The notes beneath the pieces were generated by a model. That model was not told the DNA's origin. It worked only from the letters and a program-made list of their open reading frames with translations, and did not search any database. A stretch of 64,000 nt of DNA from Minisyncoccota bacterium (lineage in GTDB: Bacteria > Patescibacteriota > Minisyncoccia > Phycocordibacterales > Phycocordibacteraceae), in the NCBI GenBank assembly GCA_035531495.1, contig DATKSU010000017.1:2668-66667 (forward strand), in the 5' to 3' direction. Within the stretch, counting starts at the first letter, position 1, and each line of letters begins with the position of its first letter. Shown here piece by piece: positions 1 to 10,659 of this stretch. A program made the translations under genes and the position numbers.

Positions 1-89
1 CGAGCACGGGCGCGGCCGGCATCAGGATCGTCGACGTGCATGCCGCGTCGTCGAGCTCCGCGGCCGAGCAGACGGTCATCCCGTTTTAA
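1..89 (+). CDS. 3' end of an upstream CDS (partial), ending ...AAEQTVIPF*
   Basis: Open frame from position 3 to TAA at 87-89 with GC-rich codon usage; the start lies outside the window. Confidence 0.5.
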   Translation, partial: STGAAGIRIVDVHAASSSSAAEQTVIPF

Positions 90-123
90 CGGTGCGGGCA
101 GCGTAGCGATTTCATAATTTTTC

Positions 124-2601
<2,478 letters not shown>

Positions 2602-2650
2602 CTCCGCGAGCGACGCAGGACGGAGCACACGCGGCGTTCTCATTCCGGCA

Positions 2651-2679
2651 TTGCGCAGCGGGCGCAGCGGGAGTAGGGT
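2651..2679 (+). promoter_or_regulatory. sigma70-like promoter TTGCGC-N17-TAGGGT
   Basis: Exact 17-nt spacing; near-duplicate at 3390-3418. Confidence 0.6.
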
Positions 2680-2730
2680 GCGCAGCAGAAGCATCGCACA
2701 CCGCAACCCAACGACGACGGAGGTTCCGCA

Positions 2731-3345
2731 ATGCACATTACGCTGTTCAAGGGACTCGATCCCTACGTCATCGAGCATCAACCGACCGGCAAATCGCATC
2801 GGTATCAGTTCTGGAAATGCTGCAAGGAAGAGAAGAAGGGAAACGGAGAGGCGCCCGCAGAGACGCCGTCCCAGATGCCGAAGCCAGTGCCGCTCCCGGC
2901 GCGAAGCTGGGTGACGCCGGTCGTGGCGCCGGAGCAGTCGAGCCGCAAACGTGAGGGGGCTGCGTGCGGCAAGACACACGAGGAAGCGCAGACGGCCTTC
3001 CTCGCCGAACATTATCCGGGCGGCATCGTGGCATCGCAGGCAGTCGATGACGAGATTCCCGATGACCTGAAGCGGATTCCTTTCCGCATCGAGTACCGGG
3101 GTTCGTGGCGCAAGATCGTCGGCAAGAGCATCGACAAGGTCGCACACCTCGTCCTCGTGCGTCTCCTGCAAGCGCACGCGTGCTGGTATGACGACTTCCC
3201 GCACGGGCAGTCGAATAACTTCACGGGTCTCGCATCTACAGTGAAAGGAAGCTGCGCTCATGGCATTGCGGCAGAAGGAAGAAAGGCCGCTTCACAGATC
3301 GGCTTACACCGATCGCCCCTCGAACCTGCGGGATGCCGATGGTGA
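2731..3345 (+). CDS. hypothetical protein (SD-led cassette)
   Basis: 204-aa ORF with GGAGGT 6 nt before ATG, upstream promoter and downstream terminator. Confidence 0.65.
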   Translation: MHITLFKGLDPYVIEHQPTGKSHRYQFWKCCKEEKKGNGEAPAETPSQMPKPVPLPARSWVTPVVAPEQSSRKREGAACGKTHEEAQTAFLAEHYPGGIVASQAVDDEIPDDLKRIPFRIEYRGSWRKIVGKSIDKVAHLVLVRLLQAHACWYDDFPHGQSNNFTGLASTVKGSCAHGIAAEGRKAASQIGLHRSPLEPAGCRW

Positions 3346-3353
3346 CTTCTGAC

Positions 3354-3384
3354 GCAGGCCGCTCGCGAGAGCGGCCTGTTTTTT
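3354..3384 (+). terminator. intrinsic terminator
   Basis: CAGGCCGCTC-gcga-GAGCGGCCTG followed by T6. Confidence 0.85.
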
Positions 3385-3389
3385 CGGCA

Positions 3390-3418
3390 TTGCGCCGAGT
3401 GCGGCGCGGAGGTAGTGT
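3390..3418 (+). promoter_or_regulatory. sigma70-like promoter TTGCGC-N17-TAGTGT
   Basis: Same flanks (cggcaTTGCGC ... GCGC.GCAG) as the 2651 promoter. Confidence 0.6.
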
Positions 3419-3462
3419 GCGCGGCAGGCAACACCTGTCCATTCATCTCATGCGGGAGACAC

Positions 3463-3732
3463 ATGATGACAGCACCATCCGACGAACGTCCGTATCCTCG
3501 AGAGGACGCCGAGAAAGCACTGCATGAACTCGAGTACGATATCGAGACCGAAGGGAGCCCGAACGTGAAGCCGGGATACCGGTTCCTCGTGCGGATACGG
3601 CGGCCGAGAAGCGAAAAGCTTGACCACCGGCCGATCGAGAAGACGATGGACATCGTCGGTGCCGGCGCGACGCTTGATGAAGCCGTTCAGAAAGCGCTCA
3701 AGCGGTACCGGTGGGAAAAGCGCAAGACGTGA
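3463..3732 (+). CDS. hypothetical protein (SD-led cassette)
   Basis: GGGAG before ATGATG; 89-aa ORF bounded by a promoter and a terminator. Confidence 0.65.
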   Translation: MMTAPSDERPYPREDAEKALHELEYDIETEGSPNVKPGYRFLVRIRRPRSEKLDHRPIEKTMDIVGAGATLDEAVQKALKRYRWEKRKT

Positions 3733-3733
3733 C

Positions 3734-3764
3734 ACAGGCCGCCCGGAGACGGCCTGTTTATTTT
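3734..3764 (+). terminator. intrinsic terminator
   Basis: ACAGGCCG...CGGCCTGT followed by TTATTTT. Confidence 0.75.
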
Positions 3765-3820
3765 GTATGCGATGTTGATTGCGCGGTCGCCAAGGGCGGC
3801 CGCGTGGTATTTTTATGTGA

Positions 3821-4357
3821 ATGAGCGCTCATTTCAGCGACCCGCGCGAGAATGTGCTCCAGCTCGGGCTGCGCGAGGGCATGAAGGTCGGCGATTTCGG
3901 CACTGGCACCGGCTATTACGCGCGCGCGGCGGCGGGCGTCGTCGGCACGAGCGGCCGCGTTTACGCCATCGACGTGCAGGAGGGCATCCTCAAGCACCTG
4001 AAGCTCAACTCGCACGAGCAGCACCTGCACGTCATCGAGACGGTCTGGGGCGACATCGAGAAGCTCGGCGGCACGCGGCTGCGCGACCGGTCGCTCGACG
4101 CCGTCATCCTCGCGAACACGCTCTTCCAGATTGAAAACCGCTTCGGCCTGCTCTCCGAGATAAAGCGGGTTCTGAAGCCGGGCGGCAAGCTTCTCGTCGT
4201 CGACTGGGCCGGCAGCTACGGCGGCATGGGCCCGGCGCAGGACAAGGTCGTGCCGGAGCACGAAGCGGAGGCCTTCTTCATCACCGGCGGCTTCCATAAG
4301 GCCAAGTCGTTCCGCGCCGGCCCGTATCATTACGGCATAATATTCACGTCGCCATGA
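3821..4357 (+). CDS. class I SAM-dependent methyltransferase
   Basis: VGDFGTGTG motif I, YAIDVQ, RVLKPGGKLLVVDW. Confidence 0.9.
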   Translation: MSAHFSDPRENVLQLGLREGMKVGDFGTGTGYYARAAAGVVGTSGRVYAIDVQEGILKHLKLNSHEQHLHVIETVWGDIEKLGGTRLRDRSLDAVILANTLFQIENRFGLLSEIKRVLKPGGKLLVVDWAGSYGGMGPAQDKVVPEHEAEAFFITGGFHKAKSFRAGPYHYGIIFTSP

Positions 4358-5664
4358 AAGTATCCCTCTTCCAAGGCATCCTCATCGGCGTTTTCGCTCT
4401 CGGCGCCCTCATCGGCTTGTTCGTCTTCTCGAACTACACGAGCAAGAATACGGGCAATACCGGCGTCGGCACGGTCGTCATCTGGGGCACCCTGCCCGGA
4501 AGCGCGATGAAGGCGGCGCTCGCTGACGTCGTGAAGAAAGACACTTCGCTCAAGAGCGTCTCCTACGTGCAGAAGGACGAAGCGACGCTGCCGTCGGACC
4601 TCGCGGCCGCCATCGCGACGGGCGCCGCGCCCGATCTCGTGCTCGCGTCGCAGGAGAATCTCGAGTCGCTCGCGAAGTTCCTCACCCCCATCCCGCTGTC
4701 GACGCTTTCGGCAAACACGTTCCAGAATTCGTTCGTCAGGGAAGGGCAGATCTTCACGGTGCCGAACGGCGGCGGCTTCTACGGTGTCCCGCTCCTCGTC
4801 GACCCGCTCGTGCTCTTCTCGAATCCGACCATCCTCTCGTCCGACGGAATCGTGAAGCCGCCCGCCACCTGGGAAGCGCTCACGGGCCTCGTGCCGAACG
4901 TCGCCGTGCTCACGCCGACGAAGCAGATAACGCGAGGCCTCGTCGCGCTCGGCACCTATGACAACGTGCACGACGCGCGCGGCATTCTCTCGACGCTCTT
5001 CTTCCAGACGGGCGTGCCCGTCGCGAGCTATTCGCTGGGCGGCATCCTCTCGGCTGACCTCGGCGCGAGCGCGTCCGCCGGCGTGCCGCCCGGCCAGGCG
5101 GTGCTGAATTTCTATACGCAGTTCGCCGACCCCTCGAAGGTCTCCTACACCTGGAACGGTTCCTTGCCGGATTCCGAGCAGGCATTCCTCGCGGGCGATC
5201 TCGCGCTCTACCTCGGCTACGCGTCGGAGGCGCAGTACTTCTCGACCGCGAATCCGAACCTCGCCTTCGAGGTCACGCCCGTGCCGGAGCCCGCGGCGGC
5301 GACGGCGAAGACGGCATACGGCCTCATCTATGCGCTCATGATTCCGCGCGGGGCGAAGAACGTCTCGGGCGCTTACCTGGCGGCGACGGCGCTCGCCGGC
5401 GCACCGGCGCAGTCCGCGCTCGCGAGCGATACCGGCCTCGCGCCCGCAACGCTCACTAACCTCGCGGCGGCGCCTCCCGATCCCACCGCGGCCGTCGCGT
5501 ATAGCGAGGCGCTGTATGCGGCGGGCTGGCTGTCCCCAGCACCGGCCGACACGGATAGCGTATTTTCCGCTATGATTGGGAACGTGATAAGCGGCCGCTC
5601 GACGCTCACCACCGCACTCTCGACCGCGCAGAGCTCGCTCAGCGCGCTCCTGCAGCAACAATGA
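4354..5664 (+). CDS. extracellular solute-binding protein (family 1, sugar-binding-like)
   Basis: N-terminal TM anchor, VVIWG, APDLV, YGVPL..DPLVLFSN, PPATWEAL, FLAGDLALY. Confidence 0.8.
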   Translation: MKVSLFQGILIGVFALGALIGLFVFSNYTSKNTGNTGVGTVVIWGTLPGSAMKAALADVVKKDTSLKSVSYVQKDEATLPSDLAAAIATGAAPDLVLASQENLESLAKFLTPIPLSTLSANTFQNSFVREGQIFTVPNGGGFYGVPLLVDPLVLFSNPTILSSDGIVKPPATWEALTGLVPNVAVLTPTKQITRGLVALGTYDNVHDARGILSTLFFQTGVPVASYSLGGILSADLGASASAGVPPGQAVLNFYTQFADPSKVSYTWNGSLPDSEQAFLAGDLALYLGYASEAQYFSTANPNLAFEVTPVPEPAAATAKTAYGLIYALMIPRGAKNVSGAYLAATALAGAPAQSALASDTGLAPATLTNLAAAPPDPTAAVAYSEALYAAGWLSPAPADTDSVFSAMIGNVISGRSTLTTALSTAQSSLSALLQQQ

Positions 5665-6215
5665 CCAGAACGCTCGCGTCAACGCTCTTCGCCCTTGCGC
5701 TCTTCACCCTTGCGCCGATTGCGGCGTCGGCGCAAGGCACGGATTGCAACATCCTGGTCCAGGGGGCTTCGTGCGTCACGTCTTCAGGCGCTTCCGGCAC
5801 GTGCCAGCCGACGGGCGGCAATTACGGCAACATGACGTGCCAGGGAGGCGCGCAACAATCAACGACGGGGACAAATACCGGAGGCGCGCAATCGACGGCC
5901 GGGACGAATACGGGCGGTCCGAGCGTGACGCTCACCAATCCGCTCAACACCGGCAGCAACTGCTCCGCGACGAACACCTGCTTGAACGTCTTCCTTATGG
6001 ACATCCTGCAGCTCGTCATCCGCATCGGCGCTGTCGTCGTCGTCGTCATGCTCGTCTACGTCGGCTTCCTCTTCGTGACGGCGCAGGGGAATGAATCGAA
6101 GCTCAGTAGAGCGAAACAAGCGCTCCTCTGGACCATCGTCGGCGCGCTCATCCTGCTCGGCGCCGAAGCCATCGCACAGGGCATCCAGGCGACGGTCCAA
6201 GCGCTCTCCGTATGA
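5661..6215 (+). CDS. TrbC/VirB2-type pilin-like protein 1 (Cys-rich N-terminal extension)
   Basis: Signal peptide, LTNPL motif, two TM helices joined by GNESKLSRAKQALLWTIVG. Confidence 0.8.
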   Translation: MTRTLASTLFALALFTLAPIAASAQGTDCNILVQGASCVTSSGASGTCQPTGGNYGNMTCQGGAQQSTTGTNTGGAQSTAGTNTGGPSVTLTNPLNTGSNCSATNTCLNVFLMDILQLVIRIGAVVVVVMLVYVGFLFVTAQGNESKLSRAKQALLWTIVGALILLGAEAIAQGIQATVQALSV

Positions 6216-6475
6216 CGTTCGCCCAGTTCGTCGGCAGCGGCTCGACCGGCATCATTGGCGCCATCAATACGGTCATCGTCCCGCTCATCTTCGGCCTCGC
6301 GTTCGCTTATTTCATCTGGGGCGTCGTCAAGTACTTCTTTATCAACGGCGGCGATGAACGGAGCCGGATCGAGGGGCGGCAATTCGTACTGTGGGGCGTC
6401 CTCGCGATGGCGCTCATCTTCTCGATATGGGGCGTCCTGAATATCCTGTTATCCACGCTCGGCATCGCGCCGTAG
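6212..6475 (+). CDS. TrbC/VirB2-type pilin-like protein 2
   Basis: VPLIF..AF.YFIWG..KY, charged loop, GRQFVLWG..ALIFSIWG. Confidence 0.8.
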   Translation: MTFAQFVGSGSTGIIGAINTVIVPLIFGLAFAYFIWGVVKYFFINGGDERSRIEGRQFVLWGVLAMALIFSIWGVLNILLSTLGIAP

Positions 6476-6506
6476 CGATAACGTGTCATACTGACTAAGC
6501 GGCACT

Positions 6507-6836
6507 ATGAACTTCAGCATCGGATTCGGCGTCGGCGGCGGTTCCGTATGTACGGTCGGCATCTGCCAAGTCGCGAACACCATCCTCTACCTCATCAACG
6601 GCGTGTTCGTCCCCGTCCTTTTCGCGGTGGCGTTCATCGTCTTCCTCTACGGCGTCGCGAAGGCTTATATCTTCTCAGGCGGCGATCCGGGCGAGGTCGA
6701 GAAAGGGCACAAGCTCATCTTGTGGGGTATCATCGCCTTCGTCGTCATGATCTCGCTCTGGGGCCTCGTGAACGTCGTCGCGAATACCTTCGGCCTTGCG
6801 GGGTATTCGGCGCCGCCGATGCCGACATCGTATTAG
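6507..6836 (+). CDS. TrbC/VirB2-type pilin-like protein 3
   Basis: VPVLFAVAFIVFLYG...KGHKLILWGIIAFVVMISLWGLVN. Confidence 0.8.
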   Translation: MNFSIGFGVGGGSVCTVGICQVANTILYLINGVFVPVLFAVAFIVFLYGVAKAYIFSGGDPGEVEKGHKLILWGIIAFVVMISLWGLVNVVANTFGLAGYSAPPMPTSY

Positions 6837-6849
6837 AACGACCCTCCCT

Positions 6850-7281
6850 ATGAACAAACTCTCCCTTGCTGGTCCCGATCTTCGCACGCTCGCGCTCAGC
6901 GTCATCTCGTTTCTCGCTGCTGCGCCGGTTGCATTCGCCCAAGTACCGGCGAATACCACCAATACGGGCGCGGGCAGCGTCAACCTGGTATGGCTGCAGT
7001 ACTACCGGGACACCATCGTCTGGGTTATCAACTCGGTCATCGTCCCGGTCCTAATTGCAGTGGCGTTCATCGTCTTCCTCTACGGAGTCTATAAATATTT
7101 CATCCAGGGGGCAGCGAGCGATACCGAGCGGGAGACGGGCCGGAAATTCGTCATGTGGGGCGTGATCGGCATGGTCATCATCGTATCCTTCTGGGGCGTC
7201 GTCAACATCGTCAAGGATACGCTCATCCCCTCGACCGCGAACAACACCGCCCCCGCATACCCGACGCTGCCGACCCAGTAA
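6850..7281 (+). CDS. TrbC/VirB2-type pilin-like protein 4
   Basis: Signal peptide (VAFA-Q), VPVLIAVAFIVFLYG...GRKFVMWG..SFWGVVN. Confidence 0.8.
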   Translation: MNKLSLAGPDLRTLALSVISFLAAAPVAFAQVPANTTNTGAGSVNLVWLQYYRDTIVWVINSVIVPVLIAVAFIVFLYGVYKYFIQGAASDTERETGRKFVMWGVIGMVIIVSFWGVVNIVKDTLIPSTANNTAPAYPTLPTQ

Positions 7282-7373
7282 GGCCGCCAGGGATTATCCC
7301 CACACGGGCTCGAATGGCGTTGACCGGGCTTGCGGGGAAGCTAGAATAGTACTGTTATCCAATTAACGTCTGT

Positions 7374-7742
7374 ATGAAAAAAGCAATCACTCTTACGGGG
7401 GCGCTCGCGGTGTTCGCACTGCCGCTCGTCTCGTTCGCGCAGGTGAACAACCTCTCGGATGTCGGTTCCCTCATCATCAACATCATCAATAACATCCTCG
7501 TCCCGGTCATCTTCGCGGTGGCGTTCATCGTCTTCCTCTGGGGCGCATTCGACACCTTCATCCTCGGCGCGACGAATGATACGGCGAAGGAGAAGGGCAA
7601 GAGCCTCATGCTCTGGGGCCTCATCGGCTTCTTCGTAATGGTGTCGGTCTGGGGCCTCGTGAACATCCTCACCGGTACGATCACCTTCGGCAACAACACC
7701 GGCCCGTCGAGCGTTCCGACCTCCGGCACGACCGTCCAGTAG
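7374..7742 (+). CDS. TrbC/VirB2-type pilin-like protein 5
   Basis: MKK signal peptide (SFA-Q), VPVIFAVAFIVFLWG...KGKSLMLWG..SVWGLVN; own promoter TTGACC-N16-TAGAAT upstream. Confidence 0.8.
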   Translation: MKKAITLTGALAVFALPLVSFAQVNNLSDVGSLIINIINNILVPVIFAVAFIVFLWGAFDTFILGATNDTAKEKGKSLMLWGLIGFFVMVSVWGLVNILTGTITFGNNTGPSSVPTSGTTVQ

Positions 7743-7754
7743 CCCTCGCGCTAC

Positions 7755-8042
7755 ATGTCCGTCCTCAACGCCTTTCTCTCGAAGGTCACTGTTCAGATCA
7801 TCAATCCGCTCATCCTGCTCCTGGCCGCCGGCGCGTTCGTCGCCTTCTTGTGGGGAGCGTTTGAGTTCATCCGCAACGGCGGCGACGAGAAGAAGCGTGC
7901 GGATGGGCAGCGAGCAATCCTGTGGGGCATCGTCGGGCTCGTCATTATCTTCGGCGCGTACGGTATCATCAATGTCGCCATGAACACCTTCAACCTCCAG
8001 CCGAACGGGCAGTCGACCATCCAACAGGTCGTCTCCCCATAA
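7755..8042 (+). CDS. TrbC/VirB2-type pilin-like protein 6
   Basis: IINPLI..AFVAFLWG...GQRAILWGIVGLVIIFGAYG. Confidence 0.8.
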   Translation: MSVLNAFLSKVTVQIINPLILLLAAGAFVAFLWGAFEFIRNGGDEKKRADGQRAILWGIVGLVIIFGAYGIINVAMNTFNLQPNGQSTIQQVVSP

Positions 8043-8070
8043 GCCGACCGTAAGAGTAGATCATACGGAT

Positions 8071-8100
8071 AAGAAAAGAGGCCGCGCATCGCGCGGCCTC
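8071..8100 (-). terminator. intrinsic terminator (minus strand, possibly bidirectional)
   Basis: GAGGCCGCGC-atc-GCGCGGCCTC preceded by an A tract. Confidence 0.75.
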
Positions 8101-8122
8101 GTGCATGAAGGTACCTCTTGAT

Positions 8123-8935
8123 TTACTGAGCATAGGCGTATGACACGACATTCGGGTCAGCCTTTCTCATGTTCGTCACGTACACGTACGGCATGTCGCC
8201 GCTCGGACAGGGGTTCCCCCCTATCACAAACGAGGACTCGTGCCCGTCTCGGTAGACGCAGTGTATACGGACATCTTCTCCATCGAACGTTACTCTCATC
8301 TGTTGCGGCACAGGGATGTTCGCCGACCTGCCTCCCCGGGGGAGCATGACTTTCGGCCATGAATCCACGGATTGGCTCGTGAGCGGGATGCTTGCCTTCG
8401 GTGCGTATGCCGCGCTCGGCGCTTTTCCGGATAACAGCCACGAGAGGGCCGGCAGCACGAAGAGCATCGCAAGCACCACCCACACTGCTACCCATTGGTG
8501 CTGCTTCATACGCTCTTGCCACTTCGGGATTAGCAAACCGATGACCCCGAGCGAAGCAACGAGCGTCGCTAATATTAGCCCGACGGCAGCCCAGTGCTTC
8601 CACCACAGGGAGCTTATCGCGGCCATGGTCGGGGGATTTTTTATATAGACCCCGCTCCAGTACCACCCCTCTCCGAGGATGATGGCGAGCAGCACCACCA
8701 AGCCCATTTTTTCCCAAGTGAAGGTCTCCTTGAGCTTCTCGAGGATTTTCTTTGGTTCGTCTCTCGGGCTTGTCGTCGCGGTGACGGTACGCTGCCCCTT
8801 CTCGGGGTTCTTGGCATTCATCTCCGCCTGAACGTTCGCGAGCCGCGTCGAGTGCGGCTGCCTGATACGCAGTACCACAAGAATACCGAGCACGAACAGC
8901 ACGAACGATGCAACGGGAATGATAACGACCATCAT
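8123..8935 (-). CDS. hypothetical multi-pass membrane protein (SD-led)
   Basis: About 4 hydrophobic segments; GGAGGT 5 nt before ATG; overlaps the upstream gene by 4 nt. Confidence 0.75.
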   Translation of the reverse strand: MMVVIIPVASFVLFVLGILVVLRIRQPHSTRLANVQAEMNAKNPEKGQRTVTATTSPRDEPKKILEKLKETFTWEKMGLVVLLAIILGEGWYWSGVYIKNPPTMAAISSLWWKHWAAVGLILATLVASLGVIGLLIPKWQERMKQHQWVAVWVVLAMLFVLPALSWLLSGKAPSAAYAPKASIPLTSQSVDSWPKVMLPRGGRSANIPVPQQMRVTFDGEDVRIHCVYRDGHESSFVIGGNPCPSGDMPYVYVTNMRKADPNVVSYAYAQ

Positions 8936-10224
8936 ACGGAACCTCCATCAGATTGGCTTGCGGCTGGTTTATTCGGAGCGACCGGCAGCGTAGGCACGAG
9001 CGGCTGGGGTGCTCCCCAGACGATCGTATTGCCGGGACCTCTTGACGACTCTTGCATCGCGTCATACTGCGCGAGTCGGATACCGACTTCACCGACTGCA
9101 CTGATGACGCTGAGTCTCCTCTCGAGGGATTTGGCTTCGGCTTCTCCCGTCATCTCAATGACATCGGCTTTCGCTTTCCCCGTGGTACGCGTGGCAATCG
9201 CTTCCTGCTCGGCAACATAGGCTTTCGTCGCCGCTTCCTGGTTCCTATCTTTCGCGTCGCCAGAAAGATCAATCTTTTGGAGATCGACGGTGCGGATTTC
9301 CACGCCATATCGTCCGAGAAGGCCGAACGGAGGCTTGGTATCCACATCGTCCGGGAGTCGGCTGCTAAGCGCGATAATCGGCGCCGAGTACTCGGTCAGA
9401 TCAACCGTGTCCGTACTTCCTCCCGCCGCCGCCCTCTTGGTCGACCGGATGATATCATTGTACTTCTGAGAGCCGATGAAGGCCCTCGAATTACGGTTGA
9501 TAGCAGCCGTGACGCGTACCATCCAATCCTCGCCGCTGAAAAGCGCGCGGTAGGGATTGCGGACGGCAACCGTCGCGAACGTCAAGACGGTTACTTGCAG
9601 GTTCTCCGACGTTTCTGCGTCCTGGGTGACGAAGACGTAGACAAAGTCCGAGACGTAGACGAGGTCAGTCGCTTCCGCGCGTGGGAAGACCGACTCCGCG
9701 CCGTTCTCGTCCGTGCGCGTCTCGTTCCACACGAACTGATAGACGTGGACTTTGACAGACCACGGCCAGCCAATCCAATAGATGCCGAGATATTTGAGCA
9801 GCCACGACCGCCTGTCGTAGTACGAGTCCTCCATCATCTCGCCCGTGAAGCCGTTCGTATTGCCCGGTCCGTGGAATAAGACTTCCCAATTCGCCTTATC
9901 GGGCTTGAACCCTGGCCCCATCGGGTCGTTCAGATGGAACCCCTCGAATGACATGAGGATCCGCTCGAACGAGTTCCCGCGCAGGATGATCTTCGCGGTA
10001 CCTTCCTTCACGGTGGTGAAGAGGATGGCTTCTTTCGCGAGCGACTTGATGAAGAAGAACAGGATGATACTGGCGAACACCGCGCCGTCAATCGTGATGA
10101 ACAGCCATTTCAGGATGGTTGCCACCAACGGATTGGACAGGCTCAGTATCATGATTATCGTGACAGACAAGATCACGACGACTGGTGCCGACAGATTGCG
10201 GCGCAATTTAGACAGCGGTGCCAT
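8932..10224 (-). CDS. divergent SPFH/band-7-like membrane protein (SD-led)
   Basis: Two N-terminal TMs, GIYWIGWPW, DAETSENLQVTV, YGVEIRTVDLQKIDL, Ala/Glu-rich coil; AGGAGG SD; TTGACA-N17-TAATTT promoter. Confidence 0.7.
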   Translation of the reverse strand: MAPLSKLRRNLSAPVVVILSVTIIMILSLSNPLVATILKWLFITIDGAVFASIILFFFIKSLAKEAILFTTVKEGTAKIILRGNSFERILMSFEGFHLNDPMGPGFKPDKANWEVLFHGPGNTNGFTGEMMEDSYYDRRSWLLKYLGIYWIGWPWSVKVHVYQFVWNETRTDENGAESVFPRAEATDLVYVSDFVYVFVTQDAETSENLQVTVLTFATVAVRNPYRALFSGEDWMVRVTAAINRNSRAFIGSQKYNDIIRSTKRAAAGGSTDTVDLTEYSAPIIALSSRLPDDVDTKPPFGLLGRYGVEIRTVDLQKIDLSGDAKDRNQEAATKAYVAEQEAIATRTTGKAKADVIEMTGEAEAKSLERRLSVISAVGEVGIRLAQYDAMQESSRGPGNTIVWGAPQPLVPTLPVAPNKPAASQSDGGSV

Positions 10225-10307
10225 TCGTGCCTCCTAGATTGGTGAGAGTAGTTGAAATGAACAAATCGCCGGAACAAAATTAACTAATAAATGCTGAAAT
10301 GTCAAGG

Positions 10308-10389
10308 TGCTGGGGGAGAGATTCGAACTCTCATGCCTTGCGGCGCTAGCTCCTAAGGCTAGTGCGTCTGCCAGTTTCGCCACCCCAGC
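10308..10389 (-). tRNA. tRNA-Leu(TAG)
   Basis: Reverse complement GCTGGGGTGGCGAAACTGGCAGACGC...CT TAG GA...GTTCGAATC; long variable arm. Confidence 0.95.
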
Positions 10390-10550
10390 GCATCCGTCTA
10401 ACCGAACCACTCTGGCGGTCACAGATAATTCAATCGTCGTCACGATTGAATTTCTGCGACCCCGCCTCGCGGTGCTCGCCGCTGCTCGCACAACGCTCCG
10501 GCTCGCACCGAAGCATAACACCTGCCGCAGGGCAGGTGCTAAGTCTTCAG
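10390..10550 (-). repeat. structured inverted-repeat element between tRNA-Lys and tRNA-Leu
   Basis: Hairpins at 10516-10541 and 10417-10461; the second has a perfect AATTCAATCGT/ACGATTGAATT core. Confidence 0.6.
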
Positions 10551-10623
10551 TGCGCCCACCAGGACTCGAACCTGGGACCTTCTCCTTAAGAGGGAGCAGC
10601 TCTACCAACTGAGCTATGGGCGC
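10551..10623 (-). tRNA. tRNA-Lys(CTT)
   Basis: Reverse complement GCGCCCATAGCTCAGTTGGTAGAGC...CT CTT AA...GGTTCGAGTCC. Confidence 0.95.
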
Positions 10624-10659
10624 AAGGTATGCAAACTGTACCCGAAGTGCGCCGCAGTT

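Noticed and set aside
2641-3764. Integron gene cassettes
   Set aside because: No intI, and the hairpins are short U-tailed terminators without RYYYAAC/GTTRRRY attC ends.
7294-7302. DnaA-box-like TTATCCCCA (and TTATCCACT at 41905) as an origin signal
   Set aside because: Isolated one-mismatch boxes with no cluster and no AT-rich unwinding region.
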